A DNA stretch of 59,518 nucleotides, counting the filler, from Nitrospinae bacterium RIFCSPLOWO2_12_FULL_45_22 (lineage in GTDB: Bacteria > 2-12-FULL-45-22): NCBI GenBank assembly GCA_001803565.1. It is 6 parts of 6 records of this genome, joined end to end, with 100 filler letters (N's around TTAATTAATTAA, not from the genome) between each part and the next. Parts side by side here need not be neighbours in the genome. Positions count along the whole stretch, not along the records: positions 1 to 13,633 come from MHDQ01000085.1; positions 13,734 to 22,175 come from MHDQ01000086.1; 4 more parts are not named here. One strand, given 5' to 3'. The position numbers and the translations under genes are program-made. How positions within the stretch are numbered: the stretch's first letter is position 1; every line of letters begins with the position of its first letter. The notes under the pieces were generated by a model that did not search any database, was not told where the DNA came from, and saw nothing but the letters and a program-made list of their open reading frames with translations. Positions 9,369-18,074 of this stretch are shown here, piece after piece.

Positions 9369-10061
9369 TTATTCTTCAATTATCTTGAATTCGACTCTTC
9401 GGTTTAGCATTCTTCCTTCGCTTGTTTCATTGTCTGCAACCGGATTTTCCTCACCGAATCCTTTCGTCATCAGCCTATTCTCTTCTATATCCTCAGTTAT
9501 CAGATAATTTTTTATACTCTCTGTCCTCCGCTCTGAAAGTTTTTGATTATATGTATCTGGCCCAATCCAGCATGCATGCCCTTCTATAGATAACTCAACA
9601 CTAGGATTATCCTTTAAATAATCCACAACTTCCTTAAGTATCGGCATGGATTCAGGTTTTATAGTGCTTTTATCAAAATCAAATTGGATATTTTGGAAAA
9701 CCATCCTCTTGGGTGGTGCTGGAGGGGGAGGTGGTGAAGGTGGAGCTTCTTCTACCTTGGGTGGAAGTGGCGAAGGTGGAGCTTCTTCTACTTCAGGAGG
9801 TGGCGGAGGTGCCTCCTCTGCTGTCATTATCCCTATAATGCCTCCAACTATACCACCGATTACTGCACCAATCCCCGCCCCGATCGCGGCTTCTTCCCTT
9901 TCTCTATCACTTGGTGCTGCCGCAGCGCCTATGCCTGCACCGATAACACTTCCAGATGCCGCACCTATCAAAGCACCCTTCTGCCACTTTTTCATCCCAG
10001 CACAACCATGTGTAATTAACGCAAGAGATATTAAAAAAACGAATAATTTGCCCTTTTTCAT
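9369..10061 (-). CDS. OmpA-family lipoprotein with glycine zipper and Pro-rich linker
   Basis: Lipobox THGC, GALIGAASG/AAIGAGIGA zipper, IQFDFDKS...IEGHA...NQKLSERR...NRRVE; AAAGGAGG RBS before ATG 10061. Confidence 0.88.
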   Translation of the reverse strand: MKKGKLFVFLISLALITHGCAGMKKWQKGALIGAASGSVIGAGIGAAAAPSDREREEAAIGAGIGAVIGGIVGGIIGIMTAEEAPPPPPEVEEAPPSPLPPKVEEAPPSPPPPPAPPKRMVFQNIQFDFDKSTIKPESMPILKEVVDYLKDNPSVELSIEGHACWIGPDTYNQKLSERRTESIKNYLITEDIEENRLMTKGFGEENPVADNETSEGRMLNRRVEFKIIEE

Positions 10062-10333
10062 TTTATAGCCTCCTTTCATTTTCGGGATAATTTTACACCC
10101 CCCAAATATGAGCTTTATCCTGGAATGATACGCGCATTATGCCCCAACTTTCAAGCTATTCTATCGTCATGGGGGGGGGGACGGGGAAGCAAACTGGGAA
10201 ATCCTTTAACGACCCATTTAGGGAGGAGAGATTGCCTGAATATTCTCATCCGAAACCTCCTTTTTGTCGGATTAGAAAACCCTGCGTGTTTATGGGCAAG
10301 TATATTATAATTTTTTTGCGGATGCAATATTTT

Positions 10334-10485
10334 GGTTCTTTCTCATTTCAAATGGGTAAACCGACTTTGCTGTAGTCCAATTTACCTGTAAGCATATAGA
10401 TTATTGTTTTAAGATTCTTGAATGTTCTATAGCCCCTTGCTTTCGCCTTCGCGGCCTGCACCAAACTATTAAGTCCTTCCAATAT
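10334..10485 (-). mobile_element. ISL3-family remnant: transposase C-terminus plus right end
   Basis: Minus-strand translation ILEGLNSLVQAAKAKARGYRTFKNLKTIIYMLTGKLDYSKVGLPI* (stop 10348-10350) followed by ...GAGAAAGAACC terminus; not in the ORF track. Confidence 0.8.
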
Positions 10486-10500
10486 TATATATTATTTTAT

Positions 10501-10647
10501 TGCTTACTGACTTAGCTGACCCAAAATATCTTTAACGCTTTAATTTATAAGGCTTTTTTGCGATATCCATTGAGAAAATCTAAAAGCAAAATTTCCCTTT
10601 TAAGATAAGCGGTTAAGCCCATATTAGGTCAGCTAAGTCAATAAGCA
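10501..10647. mobile_element. MITE-like element, 147 bp, 21-bp terminal inverted repeats
   Basis: TGCTTACTGACTTAGCTGACC (10501-10521) vs GGTCAGCTAAGTCAATAAGCA (10627-10647): 20/21 complementary; AT-rich non-coding interior. Confidence 0.6.
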
Positions 10648-10669
10648 GTTATTTTTTATTAATTATTAT

Positions 10670-10923
10670 TAAGGTGGACCCCTTTGTCAAGACAATTTTT
10701 TAAGATATTTAAGTTACACTTTGGGGTCTAAAGTTATTCATTTCGGAAGAGAGGAATGACGTCTTTTTTCTCTTCCTGGTCATGCCGCTCTTTGATTGCA
10801 TCTAATGCAACCTTTGCTTTAAATGATGGCGGATAACTCTTTCTCATTTTTTCCCCTTGGCCCTCCTGTTTCTGATCTCCAAGTGTAACTTATCACGTTG
10901 TCCAAATTTTGGGGTCCATTATA
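10670..10923 (-). mobile_element. Internally deleted IS3-family element (both ends plus start of orfA)
   Basis: Left end TATAATGGACCCCAAAATTTGGACA and right end (reverse complement) TAAGGTGGACCCCTTTGTCAAGACA; orfA stub MRKSYPPSFKAKVALDAIKE from 10847. Confidence 0.75.
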
Positions 10924-11264
10924 AGTTTTTTAAATTGGGTGTAGGAGCTATTAATTACTGTTGGAGAAATCGAGTACTGGATAAACATAAATACGGCGAG
11001 TGCAATAAGCCCGCAACTAATCAATAATGATACTTTTTTCCATGAAGCTCACTTCTAGGCGGGTTCCGGGGATATTGGACAGTCATTCTCTCTGAGTTGA
11101 GCATATCAGAATCGGGAATAGCTAATTACTTCTTCTGGCTCGATAAATAGAAATTTCGTGTCAAAGTTAGGGAAAAAGGTTGCCATCTTCCTTATCGCTA
11201 TGTTAATCTTTCTTAAACAAAAAAGAAATTCCTTATCATCTAAACATATTTTAATCAGATTAAG

Positions 11265-13388
11265 TTGTGCAAGAAAGAAGGGATTGTAGTGAAGTGGAAA
11301 TGGGTTTTAGGAGTTGTTTCCGCCGCGATTGTGTTACTGGTTGTGGCAGTTTACGTGATCCTGTTAAGATACAATTATAATGGCCTCAAGCCGGAAATCA
11401 CACGAGCAGTCAAGGATGACACGGGGCGAGAGTTAACCTTAGGGGGTGACATAAGCCTCAAAATAGGCTTTACACCGGCGCTTGTTGTTGAGGATGTGAT
11501 CTTCCAGAACGCACCCTGGGGGTCGCAGCCCGAGCTGGCGAAGATCAAACGCTTCGAGATAAAAGTGAGGCTTTTCCCACTTCTTTATCGCCGAATCGAG
11601 GTCAAACGGTTGATCTTGATTGAGCCTAAGATCCTGTTTGAAACGGACATCTCAGGCAAGTCAAACCTCGCATTCGAAACTACGAAGAAACAAGACCTCA
11701 CTAAAGGAAAAGACGAGACGAAGGTCGGGGGCGATTGGAACCTGGCGGCACTCACTTTCAACGAACTGCAGATAGAGAAGGGCCGTATCACCTACATAGA
11801 TCATGGATTGAAAAAAACTTATGTAGCGACAGTGGGCACCCTCATGGCAACCGCTACAAGTAGCGAAAGTCCGACCAAGCTGAATCTAAAGGGAGCATAT
11901 AACGACGGACCTTTCGAAGTCAGGGGGAATTTGTGCCCCTTGACAGCCTTCATCAACCCTATCAAAGTTTGGCCGGTCAATCTTGCGGTCAAGACAGAGA
12001 GTGCCACCCTCACCCTTGATGGTACGGTTAAGGATCCACTGGCCCGGCATGGTATCGAATTAAATTTCACGCTGAAGGGTAAGGACTTGGCAAGCTTCAA
12101 ACAACTTTCCGGTGAGGCGTTACATCTCAAGGGACCATTCGATATCTCTGGTCGAATTGCTGATACTGCCCGTAATGCCTATTCGATTTCTAACCTCAAG
12201 ATCATGCAAGGCGAAAACGATCTCAGTGGGAGGGTTGAGTTGAATTTTGCTGAAAATCGGCCGAAGGTGACAGCAGTGCTATCGGCACAGAAATTGGACC
12301 TTCGACCCTATTTTCAGGTGGGTCCGAACATAGAGAAGGCGCCAAAGAATTCAAGCAAAAGGGCTGGAAAGGGAGACAAAATCTTTCCTGATCATCCTCT
12401 GCCCCTGGATACCCTAAGGCAGGCCGATGCAGATGTTAAGATCCAAGCTGCTCAAGTCCTGCTGCCGAATCTTCCTCTCAACGGCCTTGACATGGACACG
12501 GTCCTCAAGAATGGAGCGCTTACAGTGAAGCCCTTCAAGGCAGTTGTTGGAAAAGGTTCCATGGATGGCCACCTTTCTCTCCAATCTCAGGGGAAGGTTG
12601 CATCGCTGACAATCGTCTTGAAAATCAATAAGCTTGACATTAGCTATTTGACGAAAGAGCTTAAGAGTACCAAGGGCCTCGAAGGAAATCTTGATGTAGA
12701 CATTGACATCAGAGCCCGGGGTGCCTCAATAGCAGGATTCATGGGAGACCTTAATGGTAAGACGGTTTTGGTGATGGGCAAGGGAAGGGTCGTCAACAAG
12801 TATATCGACATACTCGGTGGTGATCTCAGCGCCAGTCTCTTTCGTCTCCTCAATCCATTTCGGGAGGAGAAGCCATACACTTCAATTAATTGCTTTGTCA
12901 GCGGTTTCAATATAAAAGATGGGGTAGCAAGCACGACTGCACTCGCATTGAACACGGATTACATGGTTGTGGTTGGCGAGGGCGAGATCAATCTGAAGAC
13001 AGAAAGACTTAACCTATCCCTCAAGCCTGTTCCGAAGGAAGGTATTGAGACCCGAGTTACGGGCAAGTTAAATGTAAGTTTAAGCGAGTTAACGAGACCT
13101 TTCAAACTGGGCGGCACGCTTGCTCATCCCTCACTCGCTGTTGATCCGACCCAAACTGCAATTGCCTTCGGCAAGGCGATTGAAGGAGTAGTGCTATTTG
13201 GGCCGATCGGTATTGCCGCAGCACTGGTTGGTAGCAGTTCGGGTGACGAAAACTCTTGCCTTGCAGCCATTGAGGCCGCAAATAAAGGGGTTAGGGTCAA
13301 CAAAGGCCTTGTTGGTAAGGTCACGGAGGGCGCCAAAGATGTCCTTAAGGGCGCCGGCAAGGAATTCAAGAAGCTGTTCGGCAAATAA
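11265..13388 (+). CDS. AsmA family protein
   Basis: N-terminal TM anchor, LKPEITRAVKDDTGRELTLGGDI, NAPWGSQP; C-terminal INCFV...GEINLKTERL...LGGTLAHP. Confidence 0.85.
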   Translation: MCKKEGIVVKWKWVLGVVSAAIVLLVVAVYVILLRYNYNGLKPEITRAVKDDTGRELTLGGDISLKIGFTPALVVEDVIFQNAPWGSQPELAKIKRFEIKVRLFPLLYRRIEVKRLILIEPKILFETDISGKSNLAFETTKKQDLTKGKDETKVGGDWNLAALTFNELQIEKGRITYIDHGLKKTYVATVGTLMATATSSESPTKLNLKGAYNDGPFEVRGNLCPLTAFINPIKVWPVNLAVKTESATLTLDGTVKDPLARHGIELNFTLKGKDLASFKQLSGEALHLKGPFDISGRIADTARNAYSISNLKIMQGENDLSGRVELNFAENRPKVTAVLSAQKLDLRPYFQVGPNIEKAPKNSSKRAGKGDKIFPDHPLPLDTLRQADADVKIQAAQVLLPNLPLNGLDMDTVLKNGALTVKPFKAVVGKGSMDGHLSLQSQGKVASLTIVLKINKLDISYLTKELKSTKGLEGNLDVDIDIRARGASIAGFMGDLNGKTVLVMGKGRVVNKYIDILGGDLSASLFRLLNPFREEKPYTSINCFVSGFNIKDGVASTTALALNTDYMVVVGEGEINLKTERLNLSLKPVPKEGIETRVTGKLNVSLSELTRPFKLGGTLAHPSLAVDPTQTAIAFGKAIEGVVLFGPIGIAAALVGSSSGDENSCLAAIEAANKGVRVNKGLVGKVTEGAKDVLKGAGKEFKKLFGK

Positions 13389-13532
13389 ATTATAGGCTTA
13401 GCAGGTTTTTAAGCAGCCTCTTAGTGGACAAGCGGGGGGCAACGGACAGGCGGGTTTGGGGCATTAAAATATCTTTCCGGCGCTGTCAGAATTCATACCA
13501 GAGATCCTTAATAACCTTGAATAGAAGATTGA

Positions 13533-13631
13533 TCATAACCAATGGCCAAACAAATTTATGAACCATTCCTTAACACGATCAGTGAATGGCCGTTTCTTCC
13601 ACTCTTCTAAATGGATCTGATTGGACTCCCT
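13533..13631 (-). CDS. Extreme C-terminus of a probable cardiolipin synthase, truncated by the contig end
   Basis: Minus-strand RESNQIHLEEWKKRPFTDRVKEWFINLFGHWL* resembles the Cls C-terminal W..RP...R..E motif. Confidence 0.55.
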   Translation of the reverse strand, partial: RESNQIHLEEWKKRPFTDRVKEWFINLFGHWL

Positions 13632-13633
13632 GA

Positions 13634-13733
13634 NNNNNNNNNNNNNNNNNNNNNNNNNNNNNNNNNNNNNNNNNNNNTTAATTAATTAANNNNNNNNNNN
13701 NNNNNNNNNNNNNNNNNNNNNNNNNNNNNNNNN
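13634..13733. other. Artificial contig linker
   Basis: N44-TTAATTAATTAA-N44, stops in all six frames. Confidence 0.98.
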
Positions 13734-14315
13734 AATTTGGAGGTGTGGCATCCTGCCTACTTTCACGCCGTATGCCCAGGCAAGGACACGGTGCCTGGCA
13801 GAGATAAATGGCTGCAGGCGCTGAAGTGGGCGGTGGAGATCTTTAACAAGGGCCGTGTGGGGAGCGTGTTTGTGGCTGGGATTGAGCCCATGGAGTATAC
13901 ATTGGAAGGTATGGAATACTGCTGTTCCATCGGTGTGTGGCCTGCGTGTACCGTGTGGAGTCCAGCGGTCGGTTCCAAGTTTGCGGGCCATCGCCCACCC
14001 AATATTGACTGGTATCGGGAGCTGAATGAGAAATACGTTGACCTGCTGTTCAAATATGGCTTTGCCAGCCCCGAGATCTTGGATGATGAGGCAATGGTGG
14101 CTAATTGTTTCGTCTGCCGCAGGTGCAACGTAAACTTTGTGTATCAGGATGAAATAATGCGCCGAAAGCTGCTGGATGACCCAAATTGGAGGGGATGGCG
14201 GGAATCGCAGCCACTCAACACCCTCTCCACAAAAGGGGAACGGATAGCATTTTCCGAGGCCGGGGGGGCGACGGCTCTCTCTGACATACCTCTTGAGGCT
14301 GACAGGAGAGCCTAA
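13734..14315 (+). CDS. C-terminal part of a radical SAM protein (biotin-synthase-related type), 5' truncated
   Basis: EVW...F...CPGK...W...L..AVEIF..G.V.S.FVAGIE; the CxxxCxxC motif is not in the visible part. Confidence 0.55.
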   Translation, partial: NLEVWHPAYFHAVCPGKDTVPGRDKWLQALKWAVEIFNKGRVGSVFVAGIEPMEYTLEGMEYCCSIGVWPACTVWSPAVGSKFAGHRPPNIDWYRELNEKYVDLLFKYGFASPEILDDEAMVANCFVCRRCNVNFVYQDEIMRRKLLDDPNWRGWRESQPLNTLSTKGERIAFSEAGGATALSDIPLEADRRA

Positions 14316-14665
14316 GATTCAGGGCCGATTGCGAGGACTCTGTGTGCTGGGGGGAGGGAGCTATCGGTCAAGGAGGCATTGCTTACGCCTGAGGCTGTGT
14401 AGCTTGGGAAGCGGGGTGCTCCCGGGGCAGGGGTGAGCCCGCCGCAGCCTTGTCGGTTATGTGTGGCTTGCTCCACCACCTGCTCATCCGTGGCGGCTCA
14501 CCGAGCCAGGTCAACAATCTCCTTGGCGAGGCCAATGCCTCAGTGATACATCGGCCGCCCTGGCTTCCCCAAGGGTTCATTGTAACCCAGTGGTTGACTG
14601 GGAGTATTCGAATTTGACTACAGAGGCCTTTTAGAAATAGGGACTAATTTTCCCGGCCCTCTGTT

Positions 14666-15146
14666 GAGAGGGTTTCAGGGAAGGGTTTTCCTCTCATTTG
14701 TCGAATTAGTGCAGATGAATTCGTGGACGGGGGTAACCCTGACTGAAACTAGAGAGATAGCGGCCCTACTTATGGAGAAAGGGGTGGATATTATCAGTGT
14801 CTCTGGAGGGGTGGCCGAATCCAGGCCTCGCCGGGATGAGGCTATGAAACAGGGCAGGTTCTTGGAGCTGGCTAAAGGGATTAAAGAAGTGGTGCAGATA
14901 CCGGTCATAGCCGTAGGTAAGATCATGAGTTTAGAGCAAGCTGAAAGGGTCTTAGAGGAGGGCAGGGCTGACCTAGTGGCTATTTGCCGGGCCTTAATTG
15001 CTGATCCAGAATTAATTACCAAAACCCTGGAAAATAGGGTGGAAGAGATCAGGAAATGTATCGAATGCGGTGAATGCGTAGCTACCCTGATGAAAGACGA
15101 TATGCGGATGCGCTGTTCAGTGAATAAAGAGTGGGGGCGATTTTAG
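14666..15146 (+). pseudogene. 5'-truncated, frameshifted OYE-family flavin oxidoreductase
   Basis: GKGFPLICRISADEFVDGG in one frame, shift at the G-run near 14730 into VTLTETREIA...IPVIAVGKI...RALIADP...CIECGEC. Confidence 0.75.
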
Positions 15147-15191
15147 TTTTCCCACATAATTTGAGGTTATTAGAGGAAGGAGGGACTAATC

Positions 15192-16379
15192 ATGCCAGCT
15201 AAATTGGAAAAACTCTTTGAGCCCATAAAGATAAAAAATTTGCCCATTGAGAATCGTATTTGCTATGCCCCTACAGGCAAGGCCCATTGTACAGAAGATG
15301 GTCATCAGGTAACTGATCAAGCAATCTGCTATTATGTAGCCCGGGCAAAAGGTGGGACTGGCTTGTTGATAGTGGAGGCATGCATAGCGCTGCCCAAATA
15401 TGCCTGGCTAGGAAGAATATTGGGCTGCTGGGATGATAGTCAATTGGCTGGCCTAAGGAATTTAGCTGAGGCAATCCATGCAGCCGGGGCTAAGGCAGTG
15501 GTGCAAGTAACTTTAGGCTTAGGCAGTCAGGCTATGTTCCCTATTAAGGGAGAGGTAGTTGCCCCGTCAGATGTCCCTTCCCGTATTGGTAAAGGGACAG
15601 CTCCCAGAGGGTTAGGGTTTATGGATGGGGTTGTGGGGACTACTCCTAGACCATTGACCAAGGAGGAGATAGTAGAATTAGAAGATGCCTATGTGGCTGG
15701 GGCAGAGAGGATAAAGAAGGCGGGTTTTGATGGTATAGAGGTTCATGGCTGCCACGGCTATCTCATCGCTGAATTCATCTCCCCTTATAGTAATAAGCGC
15801 CAGGATGAATATGGTGGTTCTTTTGAAAATAGATTAAGATTAGCAAAAAACCTCTTACACAAGACCCGAGAGAAAGTTGGGGCTGATTTCATTATCGGGT
15901 TTAGGATGAGTGGTGATGAGCATATCGAGGGAGGGTATAACATAGAAGAGGGTCAAAGAATTGCCAAGGAATTAGAAAAGGCGGGGGTAGATTATATCCA
16001 TATGTCTTCTGGCCGATATGAGGTATGGAACCGGATGTTTCCAGATGAAGAGGGGACTATGCTGGATGATACCAAGGCTATAAAGCAGGCCGTAGGTATA
16101 CCGGTAATATGCCCTAATATCCATAATCCGTTAACGGGCGAAAAGGCCCTCCAAAAAGGGATAGTCGATATGATATCCCTCTCGCGGGGCTTGATCGCTG
16201 ACCCGGCATGGGCTAATAAGGCACGGGCAGGTAAATTAGAGGAAATAAGGCGATGTATCCTGTGCAATACTTGTCTTAAGACTGTATTCGGTGGTTTCAG
16301 TATCCGCTGCGCAGTTAACCCAGAAGTTGGCTGGGAGAGGTTCATTCCGGAATACTTTCCACCCATCAAAGGCAGGTAA
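15192..16379 (+). CDS. NADH:flavin oxidoreductase (OYE family) with Fe-S motif
   Basis: ARAKGGTGL, GFDGIEVHGCHGYL, CILCNTC...CAVNP. Confidence 0.92.
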   Translation: MPAKLEKLFEPIKIKNLPIENRICYAPTGKAHCTEDGHQVTDQAICYYVARAKGGTGLLIVEACIALPKYAWLGRILGCWDDSQLAGLRNLAEAIHAAGAKAVVQVTLGLGSQAMFPIKGEVVAPSDVPSRIGKGTAPRGLGFMDGVVGTTPRPLTKEEIVELEDAYVAGAERIKKAGFDGIEVHGCHGYLIAEFISPYSNKRQDEYGGSFENRLRLAKNLLHKTREKVGADFIIGFRMSGDEHIEGGYNIEEGQRIAKELEKAGVDYIHMSSGRYEVWNRMFPDEEGTMLDDTKAIKQAVGIPVICPNIHNPLTGEKALQKGIVDMISLSRGLIADPAWANKARAGKLEEIRRCILCNTCLKTVFGGFSIRCAVNPEVGWERFIPEYFPPIKGR

Positions 16380-16461
16380 TTCTTTTCGAGGGGGATAGAG
16401 GGACGTCCCATCAATTCTTTGGGGTTTTTGTAAGGGGCTCAACTCCCATTCATTGTATTAT

Positions 16462-16525
16462 GTAGCGGAGACCTTTAGGTCTCCAAAAGTGGAAGGCACC
16501 CAAAGGGTACCCGGCCTTCCGCTAC
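16462..16525. repeat. GTAG-type REP-like palindromic element
   Basis: GTAGCGGAGACCTTTAGGTCTCC ... TTCCGCTAC inverted ends; related CTCCGCTAC at about 52396-52404 and GTAGTGGTCGAGCTTGCTCGAC at about 26360. Confidence 0.5.
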
Positions 16526-16572
16526 TATTGTTAATGGGTTTCTGACAGAAAATAGCCACACCCGAGAAAAAT

Positions 16573-17403
16573 ATGCGCCAGATAGCTATCTATGGTAAAG
16601 GTGGGATAGGGAAATCTACCATCACTTCCAATCTTTCTATCGCATTAGCCCAGAGGAAGTATAAAGTAATTCAGATAGGCTGCGATCCTAAAAGGGACTC
16701 TACCCGGATGTTGCTGTATGGCCAGCTCAAGCCCACTGTACTGGATACCTTACGCCAGGTAGGAGAGGTGGGGCTAACGCTTCAGATGATTATGCATGAA
16801 GGGATATATGGGATAAAATGTATTGAGTGTGGCGGCCCAGAGCCGGGTGTTGGTTGTGCTGGTAGGGGTATTATTACTACCTTTAAACTGCTGGAGCAGA
16901 TGGATGCCTTTAAGAATCAGCCAGATTTCATTCTATACGATGTCCTGGGTGATGTGGTCTGTGGTGGCTTTGCCCTGCCCATTCGGGAAGGCTATGCCCA
17001 GGAGATATATCTGGTTGCTTCGGGGGAGTTTATGTCCCTCTATGCGGCCAATAATATCTGCCAGGGCCTGGTAAAATTTGCCCGCAGGGGTGAAGGGAGA
17101 TTAGCCGGTATCATTGGCAATTCCAGAAGGGTAAGGAACGAAGAATTGTTACTAAAAACATTTGCCCAGAGAATCGGTACCACCCTGGTAGAATTTATTC
17201 CCTGGGATGATAAGGTAAGGGAAGCAGAAATATACCGGAAGCCAGTACTGGATTATGATCCTCAAGGGACGTTTTCCCACGCAATGCAGCAGCTAACTGA
17301 CAGGATCTTGACCAATAAGGATTTGGTTATACCTAAACCTTTGTCGCTGGAAGAACTAGAATCCATGATACAAGAGGGAGAGATAAGGCATGGAACTTTC
17401 TGA
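16573..17403 (+). CDS. Nitrogenase iron-protein-like ATPase (NifH/CfbC-like, probably group IV)
   Basis: YGKGGIGKST, GCDPKRDST, GGPEPGVGCAGRG, DVLGDVVCGGF, EFMSLYAANNI. Confidence 0.93.
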   Translation: MRQIAIYGKGGIGKSTITSNLSIALAQRKYKVIQIGCDPKRDSTRMLLYGQLKPTVLDTLRQVGEVGLTLQMIMHEGIYGIKCIECGGPEPGVGCAGRGIITTFKLLEQMDAFKNQPDFILYDVLGDVVCGGFALPIREGYAQEIYLVASGEFMSLYAANNICQGLVKFARRGEGRLAGIIGNSRRVRNEELLLKTFAQRIGTTLVEFIPWDDKVREAEIYRKPVLDYDPQGTFSHAMQQLTDRILTNKDLVIPKPLSLEELESMIQEGEIRHGTF

Positions 17404-17986
17404 GGCCATAAAGACCCGCCGCAGTATAAGAAAGTTTAAGGATATCCCCGTGCCCAAAGAGGTGCTGGAAGAGGTTATTGAGTTAGCCCTTTGGGCCCCA
17501 TCTAACTATAATATGCAAGGCTGGTACTTTGTAGTAGTTCAGGGTGAGAAAAAAGACCGCATAATAGCTGCTATGGCTAGACATGCCGAGACCTGGGTGA
17601 CTAATGTAAAAAATCTTTTCCCAGAAAAGATGGTAAAGATTATCCAGGAATTCTTCGCTACTATGGGTGGGGCCCCGGTAATAATCTTCGTTTACACCGA
17701 TAAGACCGAGCAACTGCTAGAGTACATGCCCTTGGATATGGAACCAGGGTATCCATCGGCTTGTGCTGCCATACAGAATCTATTGTTAGCTGCCCATGAT
17801 AGAGGATTGGGGGCATGTTGGGTTGCGGCCTGTTGCATCATTGAAGATGAGATCAACGAGATTCTGGGTATAGAAGAGGTAAGGAATAAGGTAATGGTAG
17901 CAGGCATCCCCCTCGGTTATCCCGATCAAAGACCACCCGCTCCTCCCCGGCAAGGAAACAAGGTACAATGGCTCGGCTTTGAATAG
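17390..17986 (+). CDS. Nitroreductase family flavoprotein
   Basis: IKTRRSIRKF, APSNYNMQGW, AIQNLLLAAHDRGLGACW, LGYP; overlaps the nifH-like gene by 14 bp. Confidence 0.92.
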   Translation: MELSEAIKTRRSIRKFKDIPVPKEVLEEVIELALWAPSNYNMQGWYFVVVQGEKKDRIIAAMARHAETWVTNVKNLFPEKMVKIIQEFFATMGGAPVIIFVYTDKTEQLLEYMPLDMEPGYPSACAAIQNLLLAAHDRGLGACWVAACCIIEDEINEILGIEEVRNKVMVAGIPLGYPDQRPPAPPRQGNKVQWLGFE

Positions 17987-18074
17987 TATCACATTAAAAG
18001 TAATACTTTCCTTATATGCAACCCTTATGCTATGATATGCAGAAACCTAATCGTAGAGCAAGGAGGGTACAACT

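Noticed and set aside
9646-10068. Gly/Ser-rich 140-aa plus-strand ORF
   Set aside because: Antisense shadow of the Pro-rich OmpA gene
10924-11050. Minus-strand peptide WKKVSLLISCGLIALAVFMFIQYS...SYTQFKKL resembling an FtsH N-terminus cut by the IS3 remnant
   Set aside because: Short, preceded by an in-frame stop, and similarity too weak to call without a search
14316-14660. GC-rich stretch considered as a cobalamin riboswitch
   Set aside because: A GGGAA is present but the GCnACTG core and B12 box are not recognisable
16573-17403. Evidence of nitrogen fixation
   Set aside because: No nifD/K/E/N/B in view and the sequence has non-canonical, group IV-like features
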